In this document: piece after piece, positions 53,629-63,115 of the stretch
Numbering within the stretch: position 1 is the first letter of the stretch
How the letters are laid out: the number at the start of each line of letters is the position of its first letter
Origin: Paracoccaceae bacterium
Lineage (GTDB): Bacteria > Pseudomonadota > Alphaproteobacteria > Rhodobacterales > Rhodobacteraceae
DNA length: 64,000 nt
Direction of reading: 5' to 3'
NCBI GenBank assembly: GCA_011620265.1
Contig: WOZM01000031.1
Coordinates: 3,289-67,288 of the forward strand
Notes under the pieces: model-generated
What the model was told of the DNA's origin: nothing
Databases searched by the model: none
Seen by the model: the letters and a program-made list of their open reading frames with translations, nothing else
Translations under genes and position numbers: made by a program

Positions 53629-56409
53629 CTATTCCGCCGCGATCCCCTCCGACGCCGCTTCGACCCGCACGGCGGCGAACTTGAATTCCGGGATCTTGCC
53701 ATAGGGATCGAGGGCCGGATTGGTCAGCACGTTCGCCGCCGCCTCGACGAAGGCGAAGGGGACGAAGACCATGTCCTCCGCCACCGCCCGGTCGGCCCGC
53801 GCCATCAGCGTGATCTCGCCCCGCCGTGTCGTCAGGCGGACCCGTCCGCCGGGCTCGACGCCAAGCTTGCGCAGCGTCGCGGGGTGCAGCGAGCAGTTCG
53901 CCTCCGGCTCCACCGCGTCGAGCACCTTCGAGCGCCGGGTCATCGAGCCGGTATGCCAGTGTTCAAGCTGGCGCCCGGTCGTGAGGATCATCGGGTAGTC
54001 GGCATCCGGCACCTCGTCCGGGGCGATGATCGAGGCCGGTGTGAAGCGGGCGCGCCCGCCGGCGCGCGGGAAACCGTCGCCGAAGACGATCGCCTGGCCC
54101 GGATCCTCGGGCGAGAGCGACGGATAGGTCACCGCCCCCTCATTCTCCAGCCGGTCCCAGGTGATATTGTCGAGCGACTGCATCCCCGCCTTCATCTCGG
54201 CGAAGACCTCGCGCGGATGGGTGTAGCTCCAGCCAAGGCCGAGCCGGTTGGCCAGCGCCTGGGTGATCGCCCAGTCCTCGCGCGCCTCGCCCGGCGGGGA
54301 GACGGCGGCGCGGCCGATCTGGACCTGCCGGTTGGTGTTCGTCACCGTGCCGTTCTTCTCGTAGAAGGCGGCGGCGGGCAGGATCACGTCGGCGTAGTTC
54401 GCCGTCTCGGTCAGGAAGATGTCCTGCACGACGAGGTGGTCGAGCATCGCCAGCGCCTCGCGCGCATGGGTCAGATCGGGATCCGACATCGCCGGGTTCT
54501 CGCCGAGGATGTACATCCCCTTGATCTGGCCGGCATGGACGGCGTCGAGGATCTCCGTGACCGTCAGGCCCGTTTCCTTCGCAAAGTCGCCTGAGCCCCA
54601 GATATTGGAGAAATGGCCGCGAATGCCGTCATCGGTGACGGTCTGGTAATCCGGCAGGAACATCGGGACAAGGCCCGCATCCGAGGCACCCTGCACGTTG
54701 TTCTGACCGCGCAAGGGATGGAGCCCGGTGCCCGGCCGCCCGACATGGCCGCACATCAGCGCAAGGCTGATAAGGCAGCGCGAATTGTCGGTGCCGTGGA
54801 TATGCTGGCTGATGCCCATGCCCCAGAAGATCATCCCCGCCTTGGCGGTCGCGAATTCGCGGGCGACGGCGCGCAGCTCCTCGGCCGGAATGCCGCAGAT
54901 CGCGGCCATCTTCTCGGGCGGGAAGTTCGCCAGATGCGCGCGCTCGGCCTCCCAGTTCTCGGTCCAGGCCTCGATATACTGGCGGTCGTAAAGCCCTTCC
55001 TCGACGATCACGTGCATGATCGCGTTCAGCATCGAAACGTCGGCGCCGGGGCGGAACTTCAGCATGTGGGTGGCGAAGCGGCGAAGGCCGACGCCGCGCG
55101 GATCCATCACGATCAGCTTGCCGCCGCGCTTGGTGAACTGCTTGAAATAGGTCGCGGCGACGGGATGGTTCTCGACCGGGTTGCAGCCGATGACGATGGC
55201 GACGTCGGCATTCTCGATCTCGTTGAAGGTCGCCGTGACGGCGCCGGAACCCACGTTTTCCAGAAGCGCGGCCACCGAGGAGGCATGGCAGAGCCGGGTG
55301 CAGTGGTCGACATTGTTGTGGCCAAAGCCCTGCCGGATCAGCTTCTGAAAGAGATAGGCCTCTTCGTTGGAGCATTTGGCCGAGCCGAAGCCGGCGATGG
55401 CCGTGCCGCCATGCGCGTCGGTCAGCCTCCTGATCCCGTTCGCGGCGGCGTCCAGCGCCTCGTCCCAGCTTGCCTCGCGGAAATGGGTCTGCCAGTTCGC
55501 CGGATCGACGTTCAGCCCCTTGGCCGGCGCATCGGCGCGCCGGATCAGGGGTTTCGTCAGCCGGTGCGGGTGGTGGATGTAGTCGAAGCCGAAGCGGCCC
55601 TTGACGCAGAGCCGGCCTTCGTTCGCGGGACCGTTTACGCCCTCGACATATTTGACCCTGCCGTCCTTGACCTTGAGCGAGACCTGGCAGCCCACCCCGC
55701 AGAACGGACAGACCGAGGTCGTCTCGCTATCGAAATCGGCGCGGTCGCCGACCTCATGCGCATCGACCACCGTCGCCGGCATCAGCGCGCCGGTCGGGCA
55801 GGCCTGCACGCATTCGCCGCAGGCGACGCAGGTCGATTGCCCCATCGGGTCGGCCATGTCGAAGACCGGGAAGGCGTCATGCCCCCGGCCCGCCATGCCG
55901 ATCACGTCGTTGACCTGCACCTCGCGGCAGGCGCGGACGCAAAGCCCGCACTGGATGCAGGCATCCAGATTGACGCGCATCGCGACATGGCTGTCGTCGA
56001 GCAGCGGAATGCGGCCGCTTTCCAGCTTCGGGAAGCGGCTCTCGGATACCCCGTTCGCCTCCGCCATGTCCCAAAGATGCGAGGACTTGTCGTGCGCCTT
56101 GGCATGCGCCGGCTGGTCGGCCAGCAGAAGCTCCATCACCATCTCGCGCGACTTCCTGGCGCGCGGGGTGTCGGTCTTCACCACCATCCCCTTCGCCGGG
56201 TTGCGGCAGCAGGAGGCGGCGAGGACGCGCTCGCCCTCGACCTCGACCACGCAGGCGCGGCAATTGCCGTCGGGGCGGTAGCCTTTCTGGTCCTTGTGGC
56301 AAAGATGCGGGATCGTGGTGCCTTCGCGCCTGGCCACCTCCCAGATCGTCTCGCCGGGGGCCGCCGTGACGTCACGGCCGTCGAGGGTGAAGGTGATCGC
56401 GTCGGTCAT
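53629..56409 (-). CDS. fdsA: NAD-dependent formate dehydrogenase, catalytic (bis-MGD Mo/W) alpha subunit
   Basis: The ATG at 56407-56409 gives MTDAITFTLDGRDV. An N-terminal NuoG-like Fe-S region (HLCH...CRACVVEV, CIQCGLCVRAC, CVACGECVQACP, CPFCGVGC) is followed by the molybdopterin oxidoreductase domains. There is no in-frame TGA. Confidence 0.9.
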   Translation of the reverse strand: MTDAITFTLDGRDVTAAPGETIWEVARREGTTIPHLCHKDQKGYRPDGNCRACVVEVEGERVLAASCCRNPAKGMVVKTDTPRARKSREMVMELLLADQPAHAKAHDKSSHLWDMAEANGVSESRFPKLESGRIPLLDDSHVAMRVNLDACIQCGLCVRACREVQVNDVIGMAGRGHDAFPVFDMADPMGQSTCVACGECVQACPTGALMPATVVDAHEVGDRADFDSETTSVCPFCGVGCQVSLKVKDGRVKYVEGVNGPANEGRLCVKGRFGFDYIHHPHRLTKPLIRRADAPAKGLNVDPANWQTHFREASWDEALDAAANGIRRLTDAHGGTAIAGFGSAKCSNEEAYLFQKLIRQGFGHNNVDHCTRLCHASSVAALLENVGSGAVTATFNEIENADVAIVIGCNPVENHPVAATYFKQFTKRGGKLIVMDPRGVGLRRFATHMLKFRPGADVSMLNAIMHVIVEEGLYDRQYIEAWTENWEAERAHLANFPPEKMAAICGIPAEELRAVAREFATAKAGMIFWGMGISQHIHGTDNSRCLISLALMCGHVGRPGTGLHPLRGQNNVQGASDAGLVPMFLPDYQTVTDDGIRGHFSNIWGSGDFAKETGLTVTEILDAVHAGQIKGMYILGENPAMSDPDLTHAREALAMLDHLVVQDIFLTETANYADVILPAAAFYEKNGTVTNTNRQVQIGRAAVSPPGEAREDWAITQALANRLGLGWSYTHPREVFAEMKAGMQSLDNITWDRLENEGAVTYPSLSPEDPGQAIVFGDGFPRAGGRARFTPASIIAPDEVPDADYPMILTTGRQLEHWHTGSMTRRSKVLDAVEPEANCSLHPATLRKLGVEPGGRVRLTTRRGEITLMARADRAVAEDMVFVPFAFVEAAANVLTNPALDPYGKIPEFKFAAVRVEAASEGIAAE

Positions 56410-56410
56410 G

Positions 56411-58099
56411 TCAGACCTCATCGGGGAAATGTTTCATCGTCAGGCGGATCGGATTCGGCGCGGCCTGCCCGAGCCCGCAGATCGAGGCGTCGGCCATGAC
56501 CGAGCAGAGGTCCTCCAGAAGCCCCTGATCCCACTTCGGCGCCTGCATCAGCTTCACCGCCTTCTCGCAGCCGACCCGGCAGGGCGTGCACTGGCCGCAG
56601 CTTTCGCTCTCGAAGAAGCGCAGCATGTTGAGCGCGGCCTGCCTAGCGCTGTCCTTGTCCGACAGGACCACCACGGCGGCGGAGCCGATGAAGGTGCCGT
56701 GCGGCTGGAGCGTGTCGAAATCCAGGGGCACGTCGTTCATCGAGGCGGGCAGGAGGCCCGAGGACGGACCGCCCGGCTGGTAGGCCTTGAAGGCATGACC
56801 CTCGGCCATGCCGCCCGCGGCCACGATGACGTCGGTGATCGTCGATCCCGCAGGGAGCAGGTAGACGCCCGGCTTCGCCACCCGGCCCGAGACGGAGTAA
56901 CTCCGCAGCCCCTTCCGCCCGTTCTTCTCGACCGAACTCAGGATCTCCGGCCCCTCGCGGCAGATCCGCGCGACCCAGTGCAGCGTCTCGACGTTGTGGA
57001 CCAGCGTCGGGCGGTCGAAGATGCCGACGGCGGCGACGTAAGGTGGACGCTGGCGCGGGATGCCGCGCTTGCCCTCGATACTCTCGATCATCGCGCTTTC
57101 CTCGCCGCAGATATAGGCGCCGGCGCCCCGGCGGAGCTCGACAAAGCCCGGCGCGACGATGCCCGCCGCCTCCAAGGCCGCGATCTCGGCCCTGAGGATG
57201 TGCAGCACGGCGGGGTATTCGTCGCGCATGTAGATGAAGCAGCGCGTCGCTTCGACCGCCCAGGCAGCGATCAGCATGCCTTCGAGCATCAGATGCGGGC
57301 GGCGTTCAAGGTAGTGGCGGTCCTTGAAGGTGCCCGGCTCGCCCTCGTCGCCGTTCACCGCCAGGTAACGCGGGCCGGGGTTGGCCCGAACGAAGCCCCA
57401 TTTGCGGCCCGAGGGGAAGCCCGCACCGCCAAGCCCGCGCAGCCCGGCGTTCAGCAGGTCTTCCTGCACCTCCTGCCAGTGGCCATCGCGGCGCAGCGAG
57501 GCGAGGGTCTGATAGCCGCCATCCCGGCGGCGATAGTCGTCCAGCGTCTCGTAGGCCGGGATTTCCGGGTGCAGGTCGCCCGATGCCACCGCCTTGTCGA
57601 TCTTTTCCGGTGTCGCGTGGTCGATATGCCTGTGGCCGATCTCGACCACCGGCGCGGTGTCGCAGCGGCCCATGCAGGGCGCGCGCAGGACGCGGATCTT
57701 CTTCGGGTCCATGCCCTTTTCGAGGGCGGCGATGAGGGCTTCGGAGCCGGCGAGTTCGCACGACAGCGACTCACAGACCCGGATCGTCAGGTCTGGCGGC
57801 GGGGTCTCTCCCTCGCGGACCGGGTCGAAATGAGCGTAGAAGGTCGCGACCTCCCAGATCTCGGCCATGCCGGCGCCCAACTCCTCGGCCAGCGCGCGCA
57901 GATGCGGGGCCGAGAGGCAGCCGTAGCGGTCCTGGATCAGGTGCAGGTACTCGATCAGCAGATCGCGGCGGCGCGGCGCGTCGCCGAGAAGCGCCCTGAC
58001 CTCGGCCCAGGCCGTATCGTCGAGTTGCCGGCCCTTCGGGGTCTTGCGACCCCGGCCCTTGCCCGATTTCCAGACGCCGCCCTTGTCGTCGAGTGCCAT
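56411..58099 (-). CDS. fdsB: Formate dehydrogenase diaphorase subunit: NuoE-like (gamma) domain fused to NuoF-like (beta) domain
   Basis: The 562-aa ORF has an N-terminal 2Fe-2S thioredoxin-like part (CESLSCELAG...CMGRCDTAP). It also has an FMN/NAD part (GLRGLGGAGFPSGRKW, EGEPGTFKDR) and a 4Fe-4S motif (ESCGQCTPCR). Confidence 0.9.
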   Translation of the reverse strand: MALDDKGGVWKSGKGRGRKTPKGRQLDDTAWAEVRALLGDAPRRRDLLIEYLHLIQDRYGCLSAPHLRALAEELGAGMAEIWEVATFYAHFDPVREGETPPPDLTIRVCESLSCELAGSEALIAALEKGMDPKKIRVLRAPCMGRCDTAPVVEIGHRHIDHATPEKIDKAVASGDLHPEIPAYETLDDYRRRDGGYQTLASLRRDGHWQEVQEDLLNAGLRGLGGAGFPSGRKWGFVRANPGPRYLAVNGDEGEPGTFKDRHYLERRPHLMLEGMLIAAWAVEATRCFIYMRDEYPAVLHILRAEIAALEAAGIVAPGFVELRRGAGAYICGEESAMIESIEGKRGIPRQRPPYVAAVGIFDRPTLVHNVETLHWVARICREGPEILSSVEKNGRKGLRSYSVSGRVAKPGVYLLPAGSTITDVIVAAGGMAEGHAFKAYQPGGPSSGLLPASMNDVPLDFDTLQPHGTFIGSAAVVVLSDKDSARQAALNMLRFFESESCGQCTPCRVGCEKAVKLMQAPKWDQGLLEDLCSVMADASICGLGQAAPNPIRLTMKHFPDEV

Positions 58100-58287
58100 T
58101 GTCGCCGTCCTTCCGGTCCGTCACCTCAGAGGCCGCTTCTGACAAAGTCGGAAGCCCCGATCAATTCGGCAGTCCCGTCAGTTGATAGACGTGGCCTATC
58201 AGAAGCGGCATTATCCAGTGATGATTTCTGTCACACTCCGCGCGCGGGCGATGGACAGAATGCGGCGCTTTCTCTATCCCGGGCGCC

Positions 58288-58518
58288 ATGAACTGGGATA
58301 ACGAACTCGACGCGACCGGGCTTCTGTGCCCGCTGCCGGTGCTGAAGGCGCGCAAGCGGCTTGCCGGGATGGCGCCCGGCGCCGTGCTGCGGCTGATCGC
58401 GACCGATCCGGCGGCGGTGGTCGATGTCCCGCATTTCTGCGCCGAGGCCGGGCACGAGCTGATCGGGGCGAGCGAGGATGGCCCCGCCCGGATCTACCTG
58501 ATCCGGCGACGGCCCTAG
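58288..58518 (+). CDS. tusA: TusA/SirA-family sulfur carrier protein
   Basis: The 76-aa ORF has the conserved LDATGLLCPLPVLKARK (CPxP) motif. Confidence 0.8.
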   Translation: MNWDNELDATGLLCPLPVLKARKRLAGMAPGAVLRLIATDPAAVVDVPHFCAEAGHELIGASEDGPARIYLIRRRP

Positions 58519-59786
58519 AAACCGAAACTTGCGAAGGGCAGGTACCTGACCGGCGTTCCCGGTGTGATCCCGGCCGCCGCGTCGGGAAGCTCCACCAGCC
58601 CGGTCGCCCAGCTCAGCCCGCTGATCCGGCCCGAGCCTTCCGAGGCGAAGACCTCCGCACGCCCCTCGCTGTCGAGCCGCGCGCGCAGGTATTCCCGGCG
58701 CCCGGCCTTCTTGCGCTTGGCAAAGGCCGCCGGGACGCTGAAACCCTCCGGCTCCGTCCAGCCGCTGCCCGCCATCAGCGACAGCGCCGGCCGCGCGAAT
58801 ACCAGCGCGCAGACCAGCGCCGCAACCGGATTGCCCGGCAGGCCGAAGACCGGCACGCCCCGCCAGAGGGCGAGCGCGAGCGGCCGCCCCGGCTTCATCG
58901 CGATGCGCCAGCTCGAGAGCGTGCCGCGCGCCCGCAGAAGCGCCGAGACATGATCCTCGTCCCCCGCCGAGGCGCCGCCGGAGGTGAGGATCACATCGGC
59001 CGCCGCCGCCCCCCGGTCGAGTGTCGCTGCGATCGCCGCCGGATCGTCGCGGACATGGCCGAGATCGACCGGCAGGCAGCCCCAGCGTTCGGCCAGCGAA
59101 AGAAGCATCGGCCGGTTGGCGTCGAAGATCTGGTGCGGCGCGGCGGCGGCGCCCGGATCGTCCACGATCTCGTCGCCGGTGGACAGGACCCCGACGCGGA
59201 GCGGCCGGTGGACCTCCACCCCGGCGATCCCGAGGGCCGCGAGAAGCGCGAGGTCTGGCGGGCGGAGCCGCTGGCCGGCCGTGAGCGCCACGGCGCCCTC
59301 CGCCACATCCTCGCCGGCCCGGCGGGTATTGGCGCGCGGTTTCACCGGCCCGTCGAAGGCCACGGTGGCGCCGTCGGTGGCACAGTCTTCCTCCAGCACG
59401 ACGGTATCGACGCCCTCGGGCAGGATCGCGCCGGTGAGGATGCGGATAGCCTGGCCCCGCGGCACCGCGCCGGAGAACGGCTGCCCCGCCGCCGCCCGGC
59501 CCGAGACGAGCGGCAGGCGCTGCACCCCCGTGCCCGTTGCCGCGTGGGCGAAGCCGTAGCCGTCCACCGCCGAGTTGGCGCGGGGCGGGTTCGACCGCCG
59601 GGCCACCGCATCCGCCGCGAGGATGCGGCCGAGCGCGTCGCGGCCCGCAAGCCGCTCGGTCCCGGCGATCGGCAGAAGTGCCGCGCGGAGCCGCGCCAGC
59701 GCGTCGTCCACCGGCACCCAGGCGACGCCCTGCGGCATGGCGAAGCAATCGTCGCGAAGGCGGGGCGGGGTGAGGGGATCGGTCAT
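58515..59786 (-). CDS. moeA: Molybdopterin molybdenumtransferase MoeA
   Basis: An internal ATG at 59784-59786 gives MTDPLTPPRLRDDCFAMPQG. MoeA motifs include NSAVDGYGF, RILTGAILPEG, VLSTGDEIV, TSGGASAGDEDH and GLPGNPVAA. Confidence 0.9.
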   Translation of the reverse strand: MTDPLTPPRLRDDCFAMPQGVAWVPVDDALARLRAALLPIAGTERLAGRDALGRILAADAVARRSNPPRANSAVDGYGFAHAATGTGVQRLPLVSGRAAAGQPFSGAVPRGQAIRILTGAILPEGVDTVVLEEDCATDGATVAFDGPVKPRANTRRAGEDVAEGAVALTAGQRLRPPDLALLAALGIAGVEVHRPLRVGVLSTGDEIVDDPGAAAAPHQIFDANRPMLLSLAERWGCLPVDLGHVRDDPAAIAATLDRGAAAADVILTSGGASAGDEDHVSALLRARGTLSSWRIAMKPGRPLALALWRGVPVFGLPGNPVAALVCALVFARPALSLMAGSGWTEPEGFSVPAAFAKRKKAGRREYLRARLDSEGRAEVFASEGSGRISGLSWATGLVELPDAAAGITPGTPVRYLPFASFGF

Positions 59787-60646
59787 GCCGCCTCGCTTTC
59801 TGACTTGCCCGTGCGGAGGCCGAAGATCCAGCCTTCCTCGCGGCAGGCCGCATCCGGAACCTCCGCGAGCGCTGCCGCGAGGTCGCCCCGCGCCTGCATC
59901 GCGGCGATGCGGGCCGCGAGTGTCCGCACCTGCACCTCGTCCTTGATGTCGCCCGGTCCCGTTTCCCCGCGCACATCCTCCGCATGGAGCGTCGGCCACA
60001 CCTCGACCAGCGCAATCGGCGCGTCGAGCGGCTGGAACGGCCAGACGGCGATCTTGCCGGGGAAGCGGGCGCGAAGCCGCGACAGCGCCGCCATTCCGGT
60101 CATCACCTGCGACCCGACCGCCCCGGCGCCGCCCATCTGCCAGCAGGAGAACGCGCCCTTGGCCTGCCCTTCGCAAAGCCTGAACTCGGCCATGCCGTGA
60201 CCCTGCCGGTCGCGCCCCTTGCGCGGCAGGCCGGGAATGTCCACCGCGAGGCCATTGAACCAGAAAGGACCGATACCGGGGAAAAGCGCGTTCAGCCGGC
60301 CCGCGAGGTGGAACCGGTTGTTGCCCTTCGGCGCGTCTTCGAGATGCGCCGCGAACCAGATCCAAAGTGCCAGCGGATCGGGTGATCCGGCCACCCGCGC
60401 GGCAAAGCCGTCGGGATAGCCGAAGGGGAAGTCGAAGCCCGCGAAGACCCGGCGCCCCTCGGCAAGCTCGGCGGCGAACAGGCCGGACAGCCAGTCCTCG
60501 GCAACACCCCGGTTGCGGTGATAGACCGAGACCTCCGCCCGGCCGTCGCGGATCACCGCCGACCAGATCGCATCCTTCTTCGGCCGAGGCCCCCGGTCGT
60601 TGCCGCCCGACCAGTCGGTAATGACGATGGTATCGAACGCGCTCAC
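59783..60646 (-). CDS. Conserved hypothetical protein embedded in the Moco maturation operon
   Basis: The 287-aa ORF starts at a GTG and reads MSAFDTIVITDWSGGNDRGPRPKKDAIW...FDFPFGYP...CWQMGGAGAVGSQ. It has 4-nt overlaps at both ends (mobB upstream, moeA downstream). I could not assign a family. Confidence 0.6.
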   Translation of the reverse strand: MSAFDTIVITDWSGGNDRGPRPKKDAIWSAVIRDGRAEVSVYHRNRGVAEDWLSGLFAAELAEGRRVFAGFDFPFGYPDGFAARVAGSPDPLALWIWFAAHLEDAPKGNNRFHLAGRLNALFPGIGPFWFNGLAVDIPGLPRKGRDRQGHGMAEFRLCEGQAKGAFSCWQMGGAGAVGSQVMTGMAALSRLRARFPGKIAVWPFQPLDAPIALVEVWPTLHAEDVRGETGPGDIKDEVQVRTLAARIAAMQARGDLAAALAEVPDAACREEGWIFGLRTGKSESEAA

Positions 60647-61137
60647 AGCCCCACCTCGCCGAGGATGAAGGCGGCGATGGCCCCGGTATCGTCGAGATCG
60701 AGGACCGGCAGCCCAAGGCCGGGATGCGCGCTATCGGACGCGACCGCCCGGACGCTCGGGTTGTCGGGCGCCAGAAGCGGCCGGCCGGTCACTGCCCGGT
60801 GCGCCTCGATCTTCGGATGGCTCTCGCGCTTGTAGCCCTCTACCAGCACCAGATCGACCGGCGAGAGCTTCGCCAGAAGCTCCGCCAGCGGCGGCTCCGC
60901 CCCGCCCCTCAACTCGTGCATCAGCGCCCAGCGAACCGGCGAGGCGACGATCACCTCGCGCGCGCCGGCTTCGCGGTGGCGATAGCTGTCGCGGCCGGGA
61001 TGGTCGATCTCGGTCGCATGATGGGCGTGCTTCACGGTGGAGACGCTGAGGCCGCGCCCGGCGATCTCGGCCACCAGCCGCTCCACCAGGTGGGTCTTGC
61101 CGGAATTCTTCCAGCCGGTGACGCCGTAGACCCTCAT
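60643..61137 (-). CDS. mobB: Molybdopterin-guanine dinucleotide biosynthesis adaptor MobB
   Basis: An internal ATG at 61135-61137 gives MRVYGVTGWKNSGKTHLVERLV (P-loop). The protein also has VLVEGYKRESHPKIE and is 164 aa. Confidence 0.9.
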   Translation of the reverse strand: MRVYGVTGWKNSGKTHLVERLVAEIAGRGLSVSTVKHAHHATEIDHPGRDSYRHREAGAREVIVASPVRWALMHELRGGAEPPLAELLAKLSPVDLVLVEGYKRESHPKIEAHRAVTGRPLLAPDNPSVRAVASDSAHPGLGLPVLDLDDTGAIAAFILGEVGL

Positions 61138-61742
61138 CGGGCAAGCCTCTCGGCTTCGGCGATGTCCTCGGGTGTGTTGATGTTGAAGAAGGGATCGAAG
61201 GGGGCGGAGGGGAACTCCGCGATCCCGGCGCCGTGGCGCTCGGTCCAGAGGACGATCTTCCGCAGCCCGCCTTGCAGCGCCGCGCTGAGGTCGCCGCGCA
61301 AGCTGACCGGCCAGAGGCCGAAGGTCGGGTGCTGCCAGAGCTTGCCCTCCGCGTCCCGGCTGGCGGCGAGGGCGAGGCCCGACGGCCCGGCGGCATCGCG
61401 AAGCCGCGCCACGAGGTCGCGCGGGAAGAAGGGCGTGTCGGCGGCGACGCTGACGATGGCCCCGGCGCCGAACCCCGCGGCCCAGTCGAGCCCGGCGAGG
61501 ACGCCGGCGAGGGGGCCGGGAAAGTCGGGCAGGCTGTCGGGCAGGACCGGCAGGCCGAACTCCGCGAACCGCGACGGATCGCCGTTGGCGTTGATCGCGA
61601 GCGGCCCGCACTGGTCGGCGAGCCGGGCGATCACATGGTCGATCAGCCGCCGCCCCGCCACGCGGCGAAACCCCTTGTCGCCGCCCCCCATCCGCGTCGC
61701 GCGGCCACCGGCGAGGATGATGCCGGGAATGTCAGTGGGCAT
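61134..61742 (-). CDS. mobA: Molybdenum cofactor guanylyltransferase MobA
   Basis: The 202-aa ORF reads GIILAGGRATRMGGGDKG...GPLAGVLAGL...VSVAADTPFFP. Confidence 0.9.
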   Translation of the reverse strand: MPTDIPGIILAGGRATRMGGGDKGFRRVAGRRLIDHVIARLADQCGPLAINANGDPSRFAEFGLPVLPDSLPDFPGPLAGVLAGLDWAAGFGAGAIVSVAADTPFFPRDLVARLRDAAGPSGLALAASRDAEGKLWQHPTFGLWPVSLRGDLSAALQGGLRKIVLWTERHGAGIAEFPSAPFDPFFNINTPEDIAEAERLAR

Positions 61743-62190
61743 CGGGGTTATCCCGAAATGCGCGTTCCCGCTCGGGGTCGAGCCATTTCTGCAGCACCGT
61801 TACCGCATTCTCCTCGTAGCCGAGCACGTCGTAGAAGCCGAGAACCGGCGCGTTCGAGCGGCGGACGAGAAGCTGCAGCTTCGCGTGGCCATGCCGCCGC
61901 GCCCAGTCCTCGGCCGCCGCCATCGCCCGGCGGCCCCAGCCCTGCCCGCGCAGATCGGGATCGGAGCAGAGGAAATAGACCCAGGCGCGGTGGCCGCCAT
62001 CCTCGACCGCAACGGTCGCGGCGAGCCTGCCGTCGGCCCAGGCGACCAGAAGCGCCGATTTCGGATTGGCGCGGATCGCGGCGATATCCACCGCGGGCGG
62101 GTTCCACGGCCGGGTCATGCCGGCGCGCTCCCAAAGTGCGACAACGGCGCCGATCTCCTCGTCGCGGACCGGGCGGAAGGTCTCAGTCAT
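61732..62190 (-). CDS. GNAT-family N-acetyltransferase
   Basis: The 152-aa ORF has the acetyl-CoA motif DPDLRGQGWGRRAMAAAEDWARRHG. It overlaps fdhD by 8 nt and mobA by 11 nt. Confidence 0.8.
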   Translation of the reverse strand: MTETFRPVRDEEIGAVVALWERAGMTRPWNPPAVDIAAIRANPKSALLVAWADGRLAATVAVEDGGHRAWVYFLCSDPDLRGQGWGRRAMAAAEDWARRHGHAKLQLLVRRSNAPVLGFYDVLGYEENAVTVLQKWLDPERERAFRDNPDAH

Positions 62191-63079
62191 CCCCGGCCCC
62201 CTTCCGGCGATGCTTGCGATCCTCGTCCTCGCCCGTCAGCGCCGCGTCACGGATCAGCCGCTCCTCGCCCGCAAGGCAGACGAAGCGCTGCCCCCGCATC
62301 CGGCCGATCAGCGTCAGGCCGACCTGCCGCGCGATCTCCACCCCCCAGGCGGTGAAGCCCGAGCGCGAGGCCAGAACCGGAATGCCCATCAGCGCGGTCT
62401 TGATCACCATTTCCGAGGTCAGCCGCCCGGTCGTGTAGAGGATCTTGTCGGCTGCACTCACGCCTTCGCGGAACATGTAGCCGGCGATCTTGTCGACCGC
62501 GTTGTGGCGCCCGACATCCTCCATGTAGACGAGCGGCCGTTCGCGCTGGCAAAGCACGGTGCCGTGGATCGCCCCCGCTTCAAGGTAAAGCGATGGCGTC
62601 GTGTTGATCTCGCGCGCCAGCGCATAGAGCCAGCTTGTGCGAACCTCGGCGGCGGGGAGCGTCAGGCCCTCCAGCCCCTCCATCATGTCGCCGAAGACCG
62701 TGCCGACGGCGCATCCGCTGGTCCGGGTCTTCTTCTTCACCTTCTCCTCGTAGGAGGTCTGGCGCTCGGTCCGGACGACGACCGTCTCGATCTCCTCGTC
62801 GTAATCGACGCCCGTCACCACGTCGTCGGCGCGCAGCATCCCCTGATTGCGCAGGAAGCCCAAGGCGAGATAGTCGGGGTAATCGCCGATCGTCATCGCG
62901 GTCACGATCTCCTGCGCGTTGAGGTAGATCGTCAGCGGCCGCTCCTCGACCACCGAGATCCCGGTCGCGGCGCCGGTCTGGTCGGTGCCGGTGACGCGCC
63001 GCGTCAGCCTCGGGTCGGCGGGGTCGGGAAGGATCGGCAGGACAGGGGGCATCGGGCGGCTTTCCGTTTCGCCCGGCAT
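62183..63079 (-). CDS. fdhD: Formate dehydrogenase accessory sulfurtransferase FdhD
   Basis: An internal ATG at 63077-63079 starts the gene, with an alternative at 63052. FdhD motifs include SGCAVGTVFG (Cys loop), EDVGRHNAVDK, and TTGRLTSEMVIKTALMGIPVLASRS. Confidence 0.9.
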   Translation of the reverse strand: MPGETESRPMPPVLPILPDPADPRLTRRVTGTDQTGAATGISVVEERPLTIYLNAQEIVTAMTIGDYPDYLALGFLRNQGMLRADDVVTGVDYDEEIETVVVRTERQTSYEEKVKKKTRTSGCAVGTVFGDMMEGLEGLTLPAAEVRTSWLYALAREINTTPSLYLEAGAIHGTVLCQRERPLVYMEDVGRHNAVDKIAGYMFREGVSAADKILYTTGRLTSEMVIKTALMGIPVLASRSGFTAWGVEIARQVGLTLIGRMRGQRFVCLAGEERLIRDAALTGEDEDRKHRRKGAGDD

Positions 63080-63115
63080 CTTGTATTCCGGGCGGGGGAG
63101 TTTCAAGGGGAAGCC

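Noticed and set aside
53629-56409. A possible selenocysteine (in-frame TGA) in the formate dehydrogenase alpha subunit.
   Set aside because: The ORF is uninterrupted from ATG to stop, so it is a Cys-type enzyme. No SECIS element was sought further.
58100-58287. Short inverted repeats (TCAGAG..TTCTGA and GATAG..CTATC) in the fdsB-tusA divergent region, considered as operators.
   Set aside because: The stems are only 5-6 bp and imperfect, which is expected by chance in about 190 nt. They were not reported as features.
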